64,000 bases of DNA from Paragordius varius (GCA_964247055.1 OZ176055.1:4898001-4962000), one strand, 5' to 3'; counted from the first letter of the stretch, positions 40,001 through 56,800 are shown. Made by a program: numbers and translations. The notes: generated by a model from the letters alone, not told the origin.

Positions 40001-43000
40001 CATATCCAATTTTGACATAAATCAATGTACAAAATCAGCATGTGTATCATTGCATAAACTAGACTTTGCGATTAAAAATCGGCTCTTAGTCACCGCTAGA
40101 TAATATTACTATTTTTACATTTTTCTTGGTAAGACTGCATCGTTACAGCAATTAAACTTTACAATTGTAAAAAGCGAAAAGGAATTTATTATTGCATAAT
40201 GCATTATATATAGTTTAAGACAAGGTTGCATTTTTGCATTAGGTTAAATATTACAATATTTAGATGAAAGAAGTCACAACAAAGTTATATATTTGCATAA
40301 GGTTCAATATTACAGTATTTAGGTGAAAGCATTCACAACCAAGATAATATACTTTTTTAGCGTAACAAGGACAAAGGTGTATTATGCACTAAGGTAAGAG
40401 AGAATAATATTATATTTTCATAAGTTAACTATTATAAGGTCATTGAGTTAAGTTAACAAAAACAATTAAGTTATATAACATGTCCCCGCTGACAAAATAG
40501 TGTTTTGACATTCTCTTAGTAAGAGTACATCAAACTATACAGATAGTTTGACAAACTCTTTCATATCCGATTTTGACAAACATATTGTAAATCAATGTAC
40601 AAAATAAGCATGTGTATCATTACATAAACTAGACTTTGCGATTAGAAATCGGCTCTTAGTCACCGCTCGATATACTTAGTAATTTTATATTTCTCTTGTA
40701 AGACTGCATTAATCACAGATAATATGACATGCGTATCATTACAGAATTAAACTTTGGAATTAAATATCGGATATTAGACACCGTTGGATCATTTAGTGTT
40801 TTAACATTCTCTTAGGAAGTATACATCAAACTATACAGATAGTTTGACAAACTCTTTCATATCCAATTTTGACATAAATCAATGTACAAAACAGCATACA
40901 TTTCTTTTGGTAAGACTGCATTAATCACAAATAATATGACATGCGTATCATTACAAAATTAAACTTTGGAATTAAATATCGGATATTAGACACCGTTGGA
41001 CCATTTAGTGTTTTGACATTCTCTTAGTAAGTTTACATCAAACTATACAGATAGTTTGACAAACTCTTTCATATCCAATTTTGACATAAATTAATGTACA
41101 AAATCAGCATGTGTATCATTACATAAACTAGACTTTGCGATTAAAAATCGGCTCTTAGTCACCGCTAGATAAAATTACTATTTTTACATTTTTCTTGGTA
41201 AAACTGCATCGTTACAGCAATTAAACTTTACAATTGTAAAAAGCGAAAAGGAATTTATTATTGCATATTGCATTATATATAGTTTTAAGACAAGGTTGCA
41301 TTTTTGCATTAGGTTAAATATTACAATATTTAGATGAAAGAAGTCACAACAAAGTTAGATATTTGCATAATGTTCAATATTACAGTATTTAGGTGAAAGC
41401 ATTAACAACCAAGATAATATACTTTTTTAGCGTAACAAGGACAAAGGTGTATTATGCACTAAGGTAAGAGAGAATAATATTATATTTTCATAAGTTAACT
41501 ATTATAAGGTCATTGAGTTAAGTTAACAAAAACAATTAAGTTATATAACATGTCCCCGCTGACAAAATAGTGTTTTGACATTCTCTTAGTAAGAGTACAT
41601 CAAACTATACAGATAGTTTGACAAACTCTTTCATATCCGATTTTGACAAAGATATTGTAAATCAATGTACAAAATAAGCATGTGTATCATTACATAAACT
41701 AGACTTTGCGATTAGAAATCGGCTCTTAGTCACCGCTCGATATACTTAGTAATTTTATATTTCTCTTGTAAGACTGCATTAATCACAGATAATATGACAT
41801 GCGTATCATTACAGAAGTAAGCTTTGGAATTAAATATCGGATATTAGACACCGTTGGATCATTTAGTGTTTTAACATTCTCTTAGGAAGTATACATCAAA
41901 CTATACAGATAGTTTGACAAACTCTTTCATATCCAATTTTAGCATAAATCAATGTATATCAGCATGTGTATCATTACATAAACTCGACGTTGCGATTAAA
42001 AATCGGCTCTTAGCCACCGCTAAATAAAATTATTATTTTTACATTTCTTTTGGTAAGACTGCATTAATCACAGATAATATGACATGCGTATCATTACAAA
42101 ATTAAACTTTGGAATTAAATATCGGATATTAGTCACTGTTAAACCATTTAGTGTTTTGACATTCTCTTAGGAAGTATACATCAAACTATACAGATAGTTT
42201 AACAAACTGTTTCATATTCGATTTTTACCGATAATTAAATTAAAATCATGATGCATATCATAACATTAACTGGACTTTGCAATTAAAAATCGGCTCTTAG
42301 TCACCGCTCGATAAAATTACTATTTTTACATTTCTCTTGTAAGTCTGCATTAATCACAGATAATATGACATGCGTATCATTACAGAATTAAACTTTGGAA
42401 TTAAATATTGGAGATTAGTCACGGTTAAACCATTTAGTGTTTTGACATTCTCTTAGGAAGTATACATCAAACTATACAGATAGTTTGACAAACTCTTTCA
42501 TATCCAATTTTGACATAAATCAATGTACAAAACAGCATACATTTCTTTTGGTAAGACTGCATTAATCACAAATAATATGACATGCGTATCATTACAAAAT
42601 TAAACTTTGGAATTAAATATCGGATATTAGACACCGTTGGACCATTTAGTGTTTTGACATTCTCTTAGTAAGTTTACATCAAACTATACAGATAGTTTGA
42701 CAAACTCTTTCATATCCAATTTTGACATAAATTAATGTACAAAATCAGCATGTGTATCATTACATAAACTAGACTTTGCGATTAAAAATCGGCTCTTAGT
42801 CACCGCTAGATAAAATTACTATTTTTACATTTTTCTTGGTAAGACTGCATCGTTACAGCAATTAAACTTTACAATTGTAAAAAGCGAAAAGGAATTTATT
42901 ATTGCATATTGCATTATATATAGTTTTAAGACAAGGTTGCATTTTTGCATTAGGTTAAATATTACAATATTTAGATGAAAGAAGTCACAACAAAGTTATA

Positions 43001-44899
43001 TATTTGCATAAGGTAATCAATGTACAAAATCAGCATGTGTATCATTACATAAACTAGACTTTGCAATTAAAAATAGGCTCTTAGTCACCGCTAGATAAAA
43101 TACTGTTTTTACATTCTCTTAGTAAGATTGAATCAAACTATACAGAGAGTTTAACAAACTGTTTCATATTCAATTTTTACCGATAATTAAATTAAAATCA
43201 TGATGCATATCATAACATTAACTAGACTTTGCAATTAAAAATCGGCTCTTAGTCACCGCTCGATAAAATTACTATTTTTACATTTCTCTTGTAAGTCTGC
43301 ATTAATCACAGATAATATGACATGCGTATCATTACAGAATTAAACTTTGGAATTAAATATCGGATATTAGATACCGTTGGACCATTTAGTGTTTTGACAT
43401 TCTCTTAGGAAGTATACATCAAACTATACAGATAGTTTGACAAACTCTTTCATATCCAATTTTGACATAAATCAATGTACAAAATCAGCATGTGTATCAT
43501 TACATAAACTCGACGTTGCGATTAAAAATCGGCTCTTAGCTACCGCTAGATAAAATTACTATTTTTACATTTTTCTTGGTAAGACTGCATCGTTACAGCA
43601 ATTAAACTTTACAATTGTAAAAAGCGAAAAGGAATTTATTATTGCATATTGCATTATATATAGTTTAAGACAAGGTTGCATTTTTGCATTAGGTTAAATA
43701 TTACAATATTTAGATGAAAGAAGTCACAACAAAGTTATATATTTGCATAAGGTTCAATATTACAGTATTTAGGTGAAAGCATTCACAACCAAGATAATAT
43801 ACTTTTTTAGCGTAACAAGGACAAAGGTGTATTATGCACTAAGGTAAGAGAGAATAATATTATATTTTCATAAGTTAACTATTATAAGGTCATTGAGTTA
43901 AGTTAACAAAAACAATTAAGTTATATAACATGTCCCCGCTGACAAAATAGTGTTTTGACATTCTCTTAGTAAGAGTACATCAAACTATACAGATAGTTTG
44001 ACAAACTCTTTCATATCCGATTTTGACAAAGATATTGTAAATCAATGTACAAAATAAGCATGTGTATCATTACATAAACTAGACTTTGCGATTAGAAATC
44101 GGCTCTTAGTCACCGCTCGATATACTTAGTAATTTTATATTTCTCTTGTAAGACTGCATTAATCACAGATAATATGACATGCGTATCATTACAGAATTAA
44201 ACTTTGGAATTAAATATCGGATATTAGACACCGTTGGATCATTTAGTGTTTTAACATTCTCTTAGGAAGTATACATCAAATTATACAGATAGTTTAACAA
44301 ACTGTTTCATATTCGATTTTTACCGATAATTAAATTAAAATCATGATGCATATCATAACATTAACTGGACTTTGCAATTAAAAATCGGCTCTTAGTCACC
44401 GCTCGATAAAATTACTATTTTTACATTTCTCTTGTAAGTCTGCATTAATCACAGATAATATGACATGCGTATCATTACAGAATTAAACTTTGGAATTAAA
44501 TATTGGAGATTAGTCACGGTTAAACCATTTAGTGTTTTGACATTCTCTTAGGAAGTATACATCAAACTATACAGATAGTTTGACAAACTCTTTCATATCC
44601 AATTTTGACATAAATCAATGTACAAAACAGCATACATTTCTTTTGGTAAGACTGCATTAATCACAAATAATATGACATGCGTATCTTTACAGAATTAAAG
44701 TTTGGAATTAAATATCGGATATTAGTCACCGTTAAACCATTTAGTGTTTTGACATTCTCTTAGGAAGTATACATCAAACTATACAGATAGTTTGACAAAC
44801 TCTTTCATATCCAATTTTGACATAAATCAATGTACAAAATCAGCATGTGTATCATTACATAAACTAGACTTTGCGATTAATAATCGGCTCTTAGTCACC

Positions 44900-47800
44900 G
44901 CTAGATAAAATTACTATTTTTACATTTTTCTTGGTAAGACTGCATCGTTACAGCAATTAAACTTTACAATTGTAAAAAGCGAAAAGGTATTTATTATTGC
45001 ATATTGCATTATATATAGTTTTAAGACAAGGTTGCATTTTTGCATTAGGTTAAATATTACAATATTTAGATGAAAGAAGTCACAACAAAGTTATATATTT
45101 GCATAAGGTTCAATATTACAGTATTTAGGTGAAAGCATTCACAACCAAGATAATATACTTTTTTAGCGTAACAAGGACAAAGGTGTATTATGCACTAAGG
45201 TAATTATATTTTCATAAGTTAACTATTATAAGGTCATTGAGTTAAGTTAACAAAAACAATTAAGTTATATAACATGTCCCCGCTGACAAAATAGTGTTTT
45301 GACATTCTCTTAGTAAGAGTACATCAAACTATACAGATAGTTTGACAAACTCTTTCATATCCGATTTTGACAAAGATATTGTAAATCAATGTACAAAATC
45401 AGCATGTGTATCATTACATAAACTAGACTTTGCAATTAAAAATTGGCTCTTAGTCACCGCTAGATAAAATACTGTTTTTACATTCTCTTAGTAAGATTGC
45501 ATCAAACTATACAGAGAGTTTAACAAACTGTTTCATATTCGATTTATACCGATAATTAAATTAAAATCATGATGCATATCATAACATTAACTAGACTTTG
45601 CAATTAAAAATCGGCTCTTAGTCACCGCTCGATAAAATTACTATTTTTACATTTCTCTTGTAAGTCTGCATTAATCACAGATAATATGACATGCGTATCA
45701 TTACAGAATTAAACTTTGGAATTAAATATCGGATATTAGACACCGTTGGACCATTTAGTGTTTTGACATTCTCTTAGGAAGTATACATCAAACTATACAG
45801 ATAGTTTGACAAACTCTTTCATATCCAATTTTGACATAAATCAATGTACAAAATGGGCATGTGTATCATTACATAAACTAGACTTTGCAATTAAAAATCG
45901 GCTCTTAGTCACCGCTAGATAAAATACTGTTTTTACATTCTCTTAGTAAGATTGCATCAAACTATACAGAGACTTTAACAAACTGTTTCATATTCGATTT
46001 ATACCGATAATTAAATTAAAATCATGAAGCATATCATAACATTAACTAGACTTTGCAATTAAAAATCGGCTCTTAGTCACCGCTCGATAAAATTACTATT
46101 TTTACATTTCTCTTGTAAGTCTGCATTAATCACAGATAATATGACATGCGTATCATTACAGAATTAAACTTTGGATTTAAATATCGGAGATTAGTCACCG
46201 TTAAACCATTTAGTGTTTTGACATTCTCTTAGGAAGTATACATCAAACTATACAGATAGTTTGACAAACTCTTTCATATCCAATTTTGACATAAATCAAT
46301 GTACAAAATCAGCATGTGTATCATTACATAAACTAGACTTTGCAATAAAAAATCGGCTCTTAGTCACCGCTAGATAAAATACTGTTTTTACATTCTCTTA
46401 GTAAGATTGCATCAAACTATACAGAGAGTTTAACAAACTGTTTCATATTCGATTTATACCGATAATTAAATTAAAATCATGATGCATATCATAACATTAA
46501 CTAGACTTTGCAATTAAAAATCGGCTCTTAGTCACCGCTCGATAAAATTACTATTTTTACATTTCTCTTGTAAGTCTGCATTAATCACAGATAATATGAC
46601 ATGCGTATCATTACAGAATTAAACTTTGGAATTAAATATCGGAGATTAGTCACGGTTAAACCATTTAGTGTTTTGACATTCTCTTAGGAAGTATACATCA
46701 AACTCTTTCATATCCAATTTTGACATAAATCAATGTACAAAACAGCATACATTTCTTTTGGTAAGACTGCATTAATCACAAATAATATGACATGCGTATC
46801 ATTACAAAATTAAATTTTGGAATTAAATATCGGATATTAGACACCGTTGGACCATTTAGTGTTTTGACATTCTCTTAGTAAGTTTACATCAAACTATACA
46901 GATAGTTTGACAAACTCTTTCATATCCAATTTTGACATAATTCAATGTACAAAATCAGCATGTGTATCATTACAAAAACTCGACTTTGCGATTAAAAATC
47001 GGCTCTTAGCCACCGCTAGATAAAATTATTATTTTTACATTTCTTTTGGTAAGACTGCATTAATCACAAATAATATGACATGCGTATCTTTACAGAATTA
47101 AAGTTTGGAATTAAATATCGGATATTAGACACCGTTGGACCATTTAGTGTTTTGACATTCTCTTAGTAAGTTTACATCAAACTATACAGATAGTTTGACA
47201 AACTCTTTCATATCCAATTTTGACATAAATTAATGTACAAAATCAGCATGTGTATCATTACATAAACTAGACTTTGCGATTAAAAATCGGCTCTTAGTCA
47301 TCGCTAGATAAAATTACTATTTTTACATTTTTCTTGGTAAGACTGCATCGTTACAGCAATTAAACTTTACAATTGTAAAAAGCGAAAAGGAATTTATTAT
47401 TGCATATTGCATTATATATAGTTTTAAGACAAGGTTGCATTTTTGCATTAGGTTAAATATTACAATATTTAGATGAAAGAAGTCACAACAAAGTTATATA
47501 TTTGCATAAGGTAATCAATGTACAAAATCAGCATGTGTATCATTACATAAACTAGACTTTGCAATTAAAAATAAGCTCTTAGTCACCGCTAGATAAAATA
47601 CTGTTTTTACATTCTCTTAGTAAGATTGCATCAAACTATACAGAGAGTTTAACAAACTGTTTCATATTCGATTTATACCGATAATTAAATTAAAATCATG
47701 ATGCATATCATAACATTAACTAGACTTTGCAATTAAAAATCGGCTCTTAGTCACCGCTCGATAAAATTACTATTTTTACATTTCTCTTGTAAGTCTGCAT

Positions 47801-50800
47801 TAATCACAGATAATATGACATGCGTATCATTACAGAATTAAACTTTGGAATTAAATATCGGATATTAGACACCGTTGGACCATTTAGTGTTTTGACATTC
47901 TCTTAGGAAGTATACATCAAACTATACAGATAGTTTGACAAACTCTTTCATATCCAATTTTGACATAAATCAATGTACAAAATGGGCATGTGTATCATTA
48001 CATAAACTAGACTTTGCAATTAAAAATCGGCTCTTAGTCACCGCTAGATAAAATACTGTTTTTACATTCTCTTAGTAAGATTGCATCAAACTATACAGAG
48101 AGTTTAACAAACTGTTTCATATTCGATTTATACCGATAATTAAATTAAAATCATGATGCATATCATAACATTAACTAGACTTTGCAATTAAAAAACGGCT
48201 CTTAGTCACCGCTCGATAAAATTACTATTTTTACATTTCTCTTGTAAGTCTGCATTAATCACAGATAATATGACATGCGTATCATTACAGAATTAAACTT
48301 TGGATTTAAATATCGGAGATTAGTCACCGTTAAACCATTTAGTGTTTTGACATTCTCTTAGGAAGTATACATCAAACTATACAGATAGTTTGACAAACTC
48401 TTTCATATCCAATTTTGACATAAATCAATGTACAAAATCAGCATGTGTATCATTACATAAACTAGACTTTGCAATAAAAAATCGGCTCTTAGTCACCGCT
48501 AGATAAAATACTGTTTTTACATTCTCTTAGTAAGATTGCATCAAACTATACAGAGAGTTTAACAAACTGTTTCATATTCGATTTATACCGATAATTAAAT
48601 TAAAATCATGATGCATATCATAACATTAACTAGACTTTGCAATTAAAAATCGGCTCTTAGTCACCGCTCGATAAAATTACTATTTTTACATTTCTCTTGT
48701 AAGTCTGCATTAATCACAGATAATATGACATGCGTATCATTACAGAATTAAACTTTGGAATTAAATATCGGAGATTAGTCACGGTTAAACCATTTAGTGT
48801 TTTGACATTATCTTAGGAAGTATACATCAAACTCTTTCATATCCAATTTTGACATAAATCAATGTACAAAACAGCATACATTTCTTTTGGTAAGACTGCA
48901 TTAATCACAAATAATATGACATGCGTATCATTACAAAATTAAATTTTGGAATTAAATATCGGATATTAGACACCGTTGGACCATTTAGTGTTTTGACATT
49001 CTCTTAGTAAGTTTACATCAAACTATACAGATAGTTTGACAAACTCTTTCATATCCAATTTTGACATAATTCAATGTACAAAATCAGCATGTGTATCATT
49101 ACAAAAACTCGACTTTGCGATTAAAAATCGGCTCTTAGCCACCGCTAGATAAAATTATTATTTTTACATTTCTTTTGGTAAGACTGCATTAATCACAAAT
49201 AATATGACATGCGTATCTTTACAGAATTAAAGTTTGGAATTAAATATCGGATATTAGACACCGTTGGACCATTTAGTGTTTTGACATTCTCTTAGTAAGT
49301 TTACATCAAACTATACAGATAGTTTGACAAACTCTTTCATATCCAATTTTGACATAAATTAATGTACAAAATCAGCATGTGTATCATTACATAAACTAGA
49401 CTTTGCGATTAAAAATCGGCTCTTAGTCACCGCTAGATAAAATTACTATTTTTACATTTTTCTTGGTAAGACTGCATCGTTACAGCAATTAAACTTTACA
49501 ATTGTAAAAAGCGAAAAGGAATTTATTATTGCATATTGCATTATATATAGTTTTAAGACAAGGTTGCATTTTTGCATTAGGTTAAATATTACAATATTTA
49601 GATGAAAGAAGTCACAACAAAGTTATATATTTGCATAAGGTAATCAATGTACAAAATCAGCATGTGTATCATTACATAAACTAGACTTTGCAATTAAAAA
49701 TAAGCTCTTAGTCACCGCTAGATAAAATACTGTTTTTACATTCTCTTAGTAAGATTGCATCAAACTATACAGAGAGTTTAACAAACTGTTTCATATTCGA
49801 TTTATACCGATAATTAAATTAAAATCATGATGCATATCATAACATTAACTAGACTTTGCAATTAAAAATCGGCTCTTAGTCACCGCTCGATAAAATTACT
49901 ATTTTTACATTTCTCTTGTAAGTCTGCATTAATCACAGATAATATGACATGCGTATCATTACAGAATTAAACTTTGGAATTAAATATCGGAGATTAGTCA
50001 CCGTTAAACCATTTAGTGTTTTGACATTCTCTTAGGAAGTATACATCAAACTATACAGATAGTTTGACAAACTCTTTCATATCCAATTTTGACATAAATC
50101 AATGTACAAAATCAGCATGTGTATCATTACATAAACTAGACTTTGCAATAAAAAATCGGCTCTTAGTCACCGCTAGATAAAATACTGATCGTTACAGCAA
50201 TTAAACTTTACAATTGTAAAAAGCGAAAAGGAATTTATTATTGCATATTGCATTATATATAGTTTTAAGACAAGGTTGCATTTTTGCATTAGGTTAAATA
50301 TTACAATATTTAGATGAAAGAAGTCACAACAAAGTTATATATTTGCATAAGGTAATCAATGTACAAAATCAGCATGTGTATCATTACATAAACTAGACTT
50401 TGCAATTAAAAATAGGCTCTTAGTCACCGCTAGATAAAATACTGTTTTTACATTCTCTTAGTAAGATTGAATCAAACTATACAGAGAGTTTAACAAACTG
50501 TTTCATATTCAATTTTTACCGATAATTAAATTAAAATCATGATGCATATCATAACATTAACTAGACTTTGCAATTAAAAATCGGCTCTTAGTCACCGCTC
50601 GATAAAATTACTATTTTTACATTTCTCTTGTAAGTCTGCATTAATCACAGATAATATGACATGCGTATCATTACAGAATTAAACTTTGGAATTAAATATC
50701 GGATATTAGACACCGTTGGACCATTTAGTGTTTTGACATTCTCTTAGGAAGTATACATCAAACTATACAGATAGTTTGACAAACTCTTTCATATCCAATT

Positions 50801-53800
50801 TTGACAAAAATCAATGTACAAAATGGGCATGTGTATCATTACATAAACTCGACTTTGCGATTAAAAATCGGCTCTTAGCCACCGCTAGATAAAATTATAT
50901 TTTTACATTTCTTTTGGTAAGACTGCATTAATCACAAATAATATGACATGCGTATCATTACAAAATTAAACTTTGGAATTAAATATCGGATATTAGACAC
51001 ACAAATAATATGACATGCGTATCTTTACAGAATTAAAGTTTGGAATTAAATATCGGATATTAGTCACCGTTAAACCATTTAGTGTTTTGACATTCTCTTA
51101 GGAAGTATACATCAAACTATACAGATAGTTTGACAAACTCTTTCATATCCAATTTTGACATAAATCAATGTACAAAATCAGCATGTGTATCATTACATAA
51201 ACTAGACTTTGCGATTAAAAATCGGCTCTTAGCTACCGCTAGATAAAATTATTATTTTTACATTTCTTTTGGTAAGACTGCATTAATCACAGATAATATG
51301 ACATGCGTATCATTACAAAATTAAACTTTGGAATTAAATATCGGATATTAGTCGCCGTTAAACCATTTAGTGTTTTGACATTCTCTTAGGAAGTATACAT
51401 CAAACTATACAGATAGTTTGACAAACTCTTTCATATCCAATTTTGACATAAATCAATGTACAAAATCAGCATGTGTATCATTACATAAACTAGACTTTGC
51501 GATTAAAAATCGGCTCTTAGTCACCGCTAGATAAAATTACTATTTTTACATTTTTCTTGGTAAGACTGCATCGTTACAGCAATTAAACTTTACAATTGTA
51601 AAAAGCGAAAAGGAATTTATTATTGCATATTGCATTATATATAGTTTTAAGACAAGGTTGCATTTTTGCATTAGGTTAAATATTACAATATTTAGATGAA
51701 AGAAGTCACAACAAAGTTATATATTTGCATAAGGTAATCAATGTACAAAATCAGCATGTGTATCATTACATAAACTAGACTTAGCAATTAAAAATAGGCT
51801 CTTAGTCACCGCTAGATAAAATACTGTTTTTACATTCTCTTAGTAAGATTGCATCAAACTATACAGAGAGTTTAACAAACTGTTTCATATTCGATTTATA
51901 CCGATAATTAAATTAAAATCATGATGCATATCATAACATTAACTAGACTTTGCAATTAAAAATCGGCTCTTAGTCACCGCTCGATAAAATTACTATTTTT
52001 ACATTTCTCTTGTAAGTCTGCATTAATCACAGATAATATGACATGCGTATCATTACAGAATTAAACTTTGGAATTAAATATCGGAGATTAGTCACCGTTA
52101 AACCATTTAGTGTTTTGACATTCTCTTAGGAAGTATACATCAAACTATACAGATAGTTTGACAAACTCTTTCATATCCAATTTTGACATAAATCAATGTA
52201 CAAAATCAGCATGTGTATCATTACATAAACTAGACTTTGCAATAAAAAATCGGCTCTTAGTCACCGCTAGATAAAATACTGTTTTTACATTCTCTTAGTA
52301 AGATTGCATCAAACTATACAGAGAGTTTAACAAACTGTTTCATATTCGATTTATACCGATAATTAAATTAAAATCATGATGCATATCATAACATTAACTA
52401 GACTTTGCAATTAAAAATCGGCTCTTAGTCACCGCTCGATAAAATTACTATTTTTACATTTCTCTTGTAAGTCTGCATTAATCACAGATAATATGACATG
52501 CGTATCAATACAGAATTAAACTTTGGAATTAAATATCGGGAATTAGTCACGGTTAAACCATTTAGTGTTTTGACATTCTCTTAGGAAGTATACATCAAAC
52601 TCTTTCATATCCAATTTTGACATAAATCAATGTACAAAACAGCATACATTTCTTTTGGTAAGACTGCATTAATCACAAATAATATGACATGCGTATCATT
52701 ACAAAATTAAATTTTGGAATTAAATATCGGATATTAGACACCGTTGGACCATTTAGTGTTTTGACATTCTTTAAGTAAGTTTACATCAAACTATACAGAT
52801 AGTTTGACAAACTCTTTCATATCCAATTTTGACATAAATCAATGTACAAAATCAGCATGTGTATCATTACAAAAACTCGACTTTGCGATTAAAAATCGGC
52901 TCTTAGTCACCGCTCGATAAAATTACTATTTTTACATTTCTCTTGTAAGTCTGCATTAATCACAGATAATATGACATGCGTATCATTACAGAATTAAACT
53001 TTGGAATTAAATATCGGAGATTAGTCACCGTTAAACCATTTAGTGTTTTGACATTCTCTTAGGAAGTATACATCAAACTATACAGATAGTTTGACAAACT
53101 CTTTCATATCCAATTTTGACATAAATCAATGTACAAAATCAGCATGTGTATCATTACATAAACTAGACTTTGCAATAAAAAATCGGCTCTTAGTCACCGC
53201 TAGATAAAATACTGTTTTTACATTCTCTTAGTAAGATTGCATCAAACTATACAGAGAGTTTAACAAACTGTTTCATATTCGATTTATACCGATAATTAAA
53301 TTAAAATCATGATGCATATCATAACATTAACTAGACTTTGCAATTAAAAATCGGCTCTTAGTCACCGCTCGATAAAATTACTATTTTTACATTTCTCTTG
53401 TAAGTCTGCATTAATCACAGATAATATGACATGCGTATCATTACAGAATTAAACTTTGGAATTAAATATCGGAGATTAGTCACGGTTAAACCATTTAGTG
53501 TTTTGACATTCTCTTAGGAAGTATACATCAAATTATACAGATAGTTTGACAAACTCTTTCATATCCAATTTTGACATAAATCAATGTACAAAACAGCATA
53601 CATTTCTTTTGGTAAGACTGCATTAATCACAAATAATATGACATGCGTATCATTACAAAATTAAACTTTGGAATTAAATATCGGATATTAGACACCGTTG
53701 GACCATTTAGTGTTTTGACATTCTCTTAGTAAGTTTACATCAAACTATACAGATAGTTTGACAAACTCTTTCATATCCAATTTTGACATAAATCAATGTA

Positions 53801-56800
53801 CAAAACAGCATACATTTCTTTTGGTAAGACTGCATTAATCACAAATAATATGACATGCGTATCATTACAAAATTAAACTTTGGAATTAAATATCGGATAT
53901 TAGACACCGTTGGACCATTTAGTGTTTTGACATTCTCTTAGTAAGTTTACATCAAACTATACAGATAGTTTGACAAACTCTTTCATATCCAATTTTGACA
54001 TAAATCAATGTACAAAATCAGCATGTGTATCATTACAAAAACTCGACTTTGCGATTAAAAATCGGCTCTTAGCCACCGCTAGATAAAATTATTATTTTTA
54101 CATTTCTTTTGGTAAGACTGCATTAATCACAAATAATATGACATGCGTATCATTACAGAATTAAACTTTGGAATTAAATATCGGATATTAGACACCGTTG
54201 GATCATTTAGTGTTTTAACATTCTCTTAGGAAGTATACATCAAACTATACAGATAGTTTGACAAACTCTTTCATATCCAATTTTAGCATAAATCAATGTA
54301 TATCAGCATGTGTATCATTACATAAACTCGACGTTGCGATTAAAAATCGGCTCTTAGCCACCGCTAAATAAAATTATTATTTTTACATTTCTTTTGGTAA
54401 GACTGCATTAATCACAGATAATATGACATGCGTATCATTACAAAATTAAACTTTGGAATTAAATATCGGATATTAGTCACTGTTAAACCATTTAGTGTTT
54501 TGACATTCTCTTAGGAAGTATACATCAAACTATACAGATAGTTTAACAAACTGTTTCATATTCGATTTTTACCGATAATTAAATTAAAATCATGATGCAT
54601 ATCATAACATTAACTGGACTTTGCAATTAAAAATCGGCTCTTAGTCACCGCTCGATAAAATTACTATTTTTACATTTCTCTTGTAAGTCTGCATTAATCA
54701 CAGATAATATGACATGCGTATCATTACAGAATTAAACTTTGGAATTAAATATTGGAGATTAGTCACGGTTAAACCATTTAGTGTTTTGACATTCTCTTAG
54801 GAAGTATACATCAAACTATACAGATAGTTTGACAAACTCTTTCATATCCAATTTTGACATAAATCAATGTACAAAACAGCATACATTTCTTTTGGTAAGA
54901 CTGCATTAATCACAAATAATATGACATGCGTATCATTACAAAATTAAACTTTGGAATTAAATATCGGATATTAGACACCGTTGGACCATTTAGTGTTTTG
55001 ACATTCTCTTAGTAAGTTTACATCAAACTATACAGATAGTTTGACAAACTCTTTCATATCCAATTTTGACATAAATTAATGTACAAAATCAGCATGTGTA
55101 TCATTACATAAACTAGACTTTGCGATTAAAAATCGGCTCTTAGTCACCGCTAGATAAAATTACTATTTTTACATTTTTCTTGGTAAGACTGCATCGTTAC
55201 AGCAATTAAACTTTACAATTGTAAAAAGCGAAAAGGAATTTATTATTGCATATTGCATTATATATAGTTTTAAGACAAGGTTGCATTTTTGCATTAGGTT
55301 AAATATTACAATATTTAGATGAAAGAAGTCACAACAAAGTTATATATTTGCATAAGGTAATCAATGTACAAAATCAGCATGTGTATCATTACATAAACTA
55401 GACTTTGCAATTAAAAATAGGCTCTTAGTCACCGCTAGATAAAATACTGTTTTTACATTCTCTTAGTAAGATTGAATCAAACTATACAGAGAGTTTAACA
55501 AACTGTTTCATATTCAATTTTTACCGATAATTAAATTAAAATCATGATGCATATCATAACATTAACTAGACTTTGCAATTAAAAATCGGCTCTTAGTCAC
55601 CGCTCGATAAAATTACTATTTTTACATTTCTCTTGTAAGTCTGCATTAATCACAGATAATATGACATGCGTATCATTACAGAATTAAACTTTGGAATTAA
55701 ATATCGGATATTAGACACCGTTGGACCATTTAGTGTTTTGACATTCTCTTAGGAAGTATACATCAAACTATACAGATAGTTTGACAAACTCTTTCATATC
55801 CAATTTTGACAAAAATCAATGTACAAAATGGGCATGTGTATCATTACATAAACTCGACTTTGCGATTAAAAATCGGCTCTTAGCCACCGCTAGATAAAAT
55901 TATATTTTTACATTTCTTTTGGTAAGACTGCATTAATCACAAATAATATGACATGCGTATCATTACAAAATTAAACTTTGGAATTAAATATCGGATATTA
56001 GACACACAAATAATATGACATGCGTATCTTTACAGAATTAAAGTTTGGAATTAAATATCGGATATTAGTCACCGTTAAACCATTTAGTGTTTTGACATTC
56101 TCTTAGGAAGTATACATCAAACTATACAGATAGTTTGACAAACTCTTTCATATCCAATTTTGACATAAATCAATGTACAAAATCAGCATGTGTATCATTA
56201 CATAAACTAGACTTTGCGATTAAAAATCGGCTCTTAGCTACCGCTAGATAAAATTATTATTTTTACATTTCTTTTGGTAAGACTGCATTAATCACAGATA
56301 ATATGACATGCGTATCATTACAAAATTAAACTTTGGAATTAAATATCGGATATTAGTCGCCGTTAAACCATTTAGTGTTTTGACATTCTCTTAGGAAGTA
56401 TACATCAAACTATACAGATAGTTTGACAAACTCTTTCATATCCAATTTTGACATAAATCAATGTACAAAATCAGCATGTGTATCATTACATAAACTAGAC
56501 TTTGCGATTAAAAATCGGCTCTTAGTCACCGCTAGATAAAATTACTATTTTTACATTTTTCTTGGTAAGACTGCATCGTTACAGCAATTAAACTTTACAA
56601 TTGTAAAAAGCGAAAAGGAATTTATTATTGCATATTGCATTATATATAGTTTTAAGACAAGGTTGCATTTTTGCATTAGGTTAAATATTACAATATTTAG
56701 ATGAAAGAAGTCACAACAAAGTTATATATTTGCATAAGGTAATCAATGTACAAAATCAGCATGTGTATCATTACATAAACTAGACTTTGCAATTAAAAAT

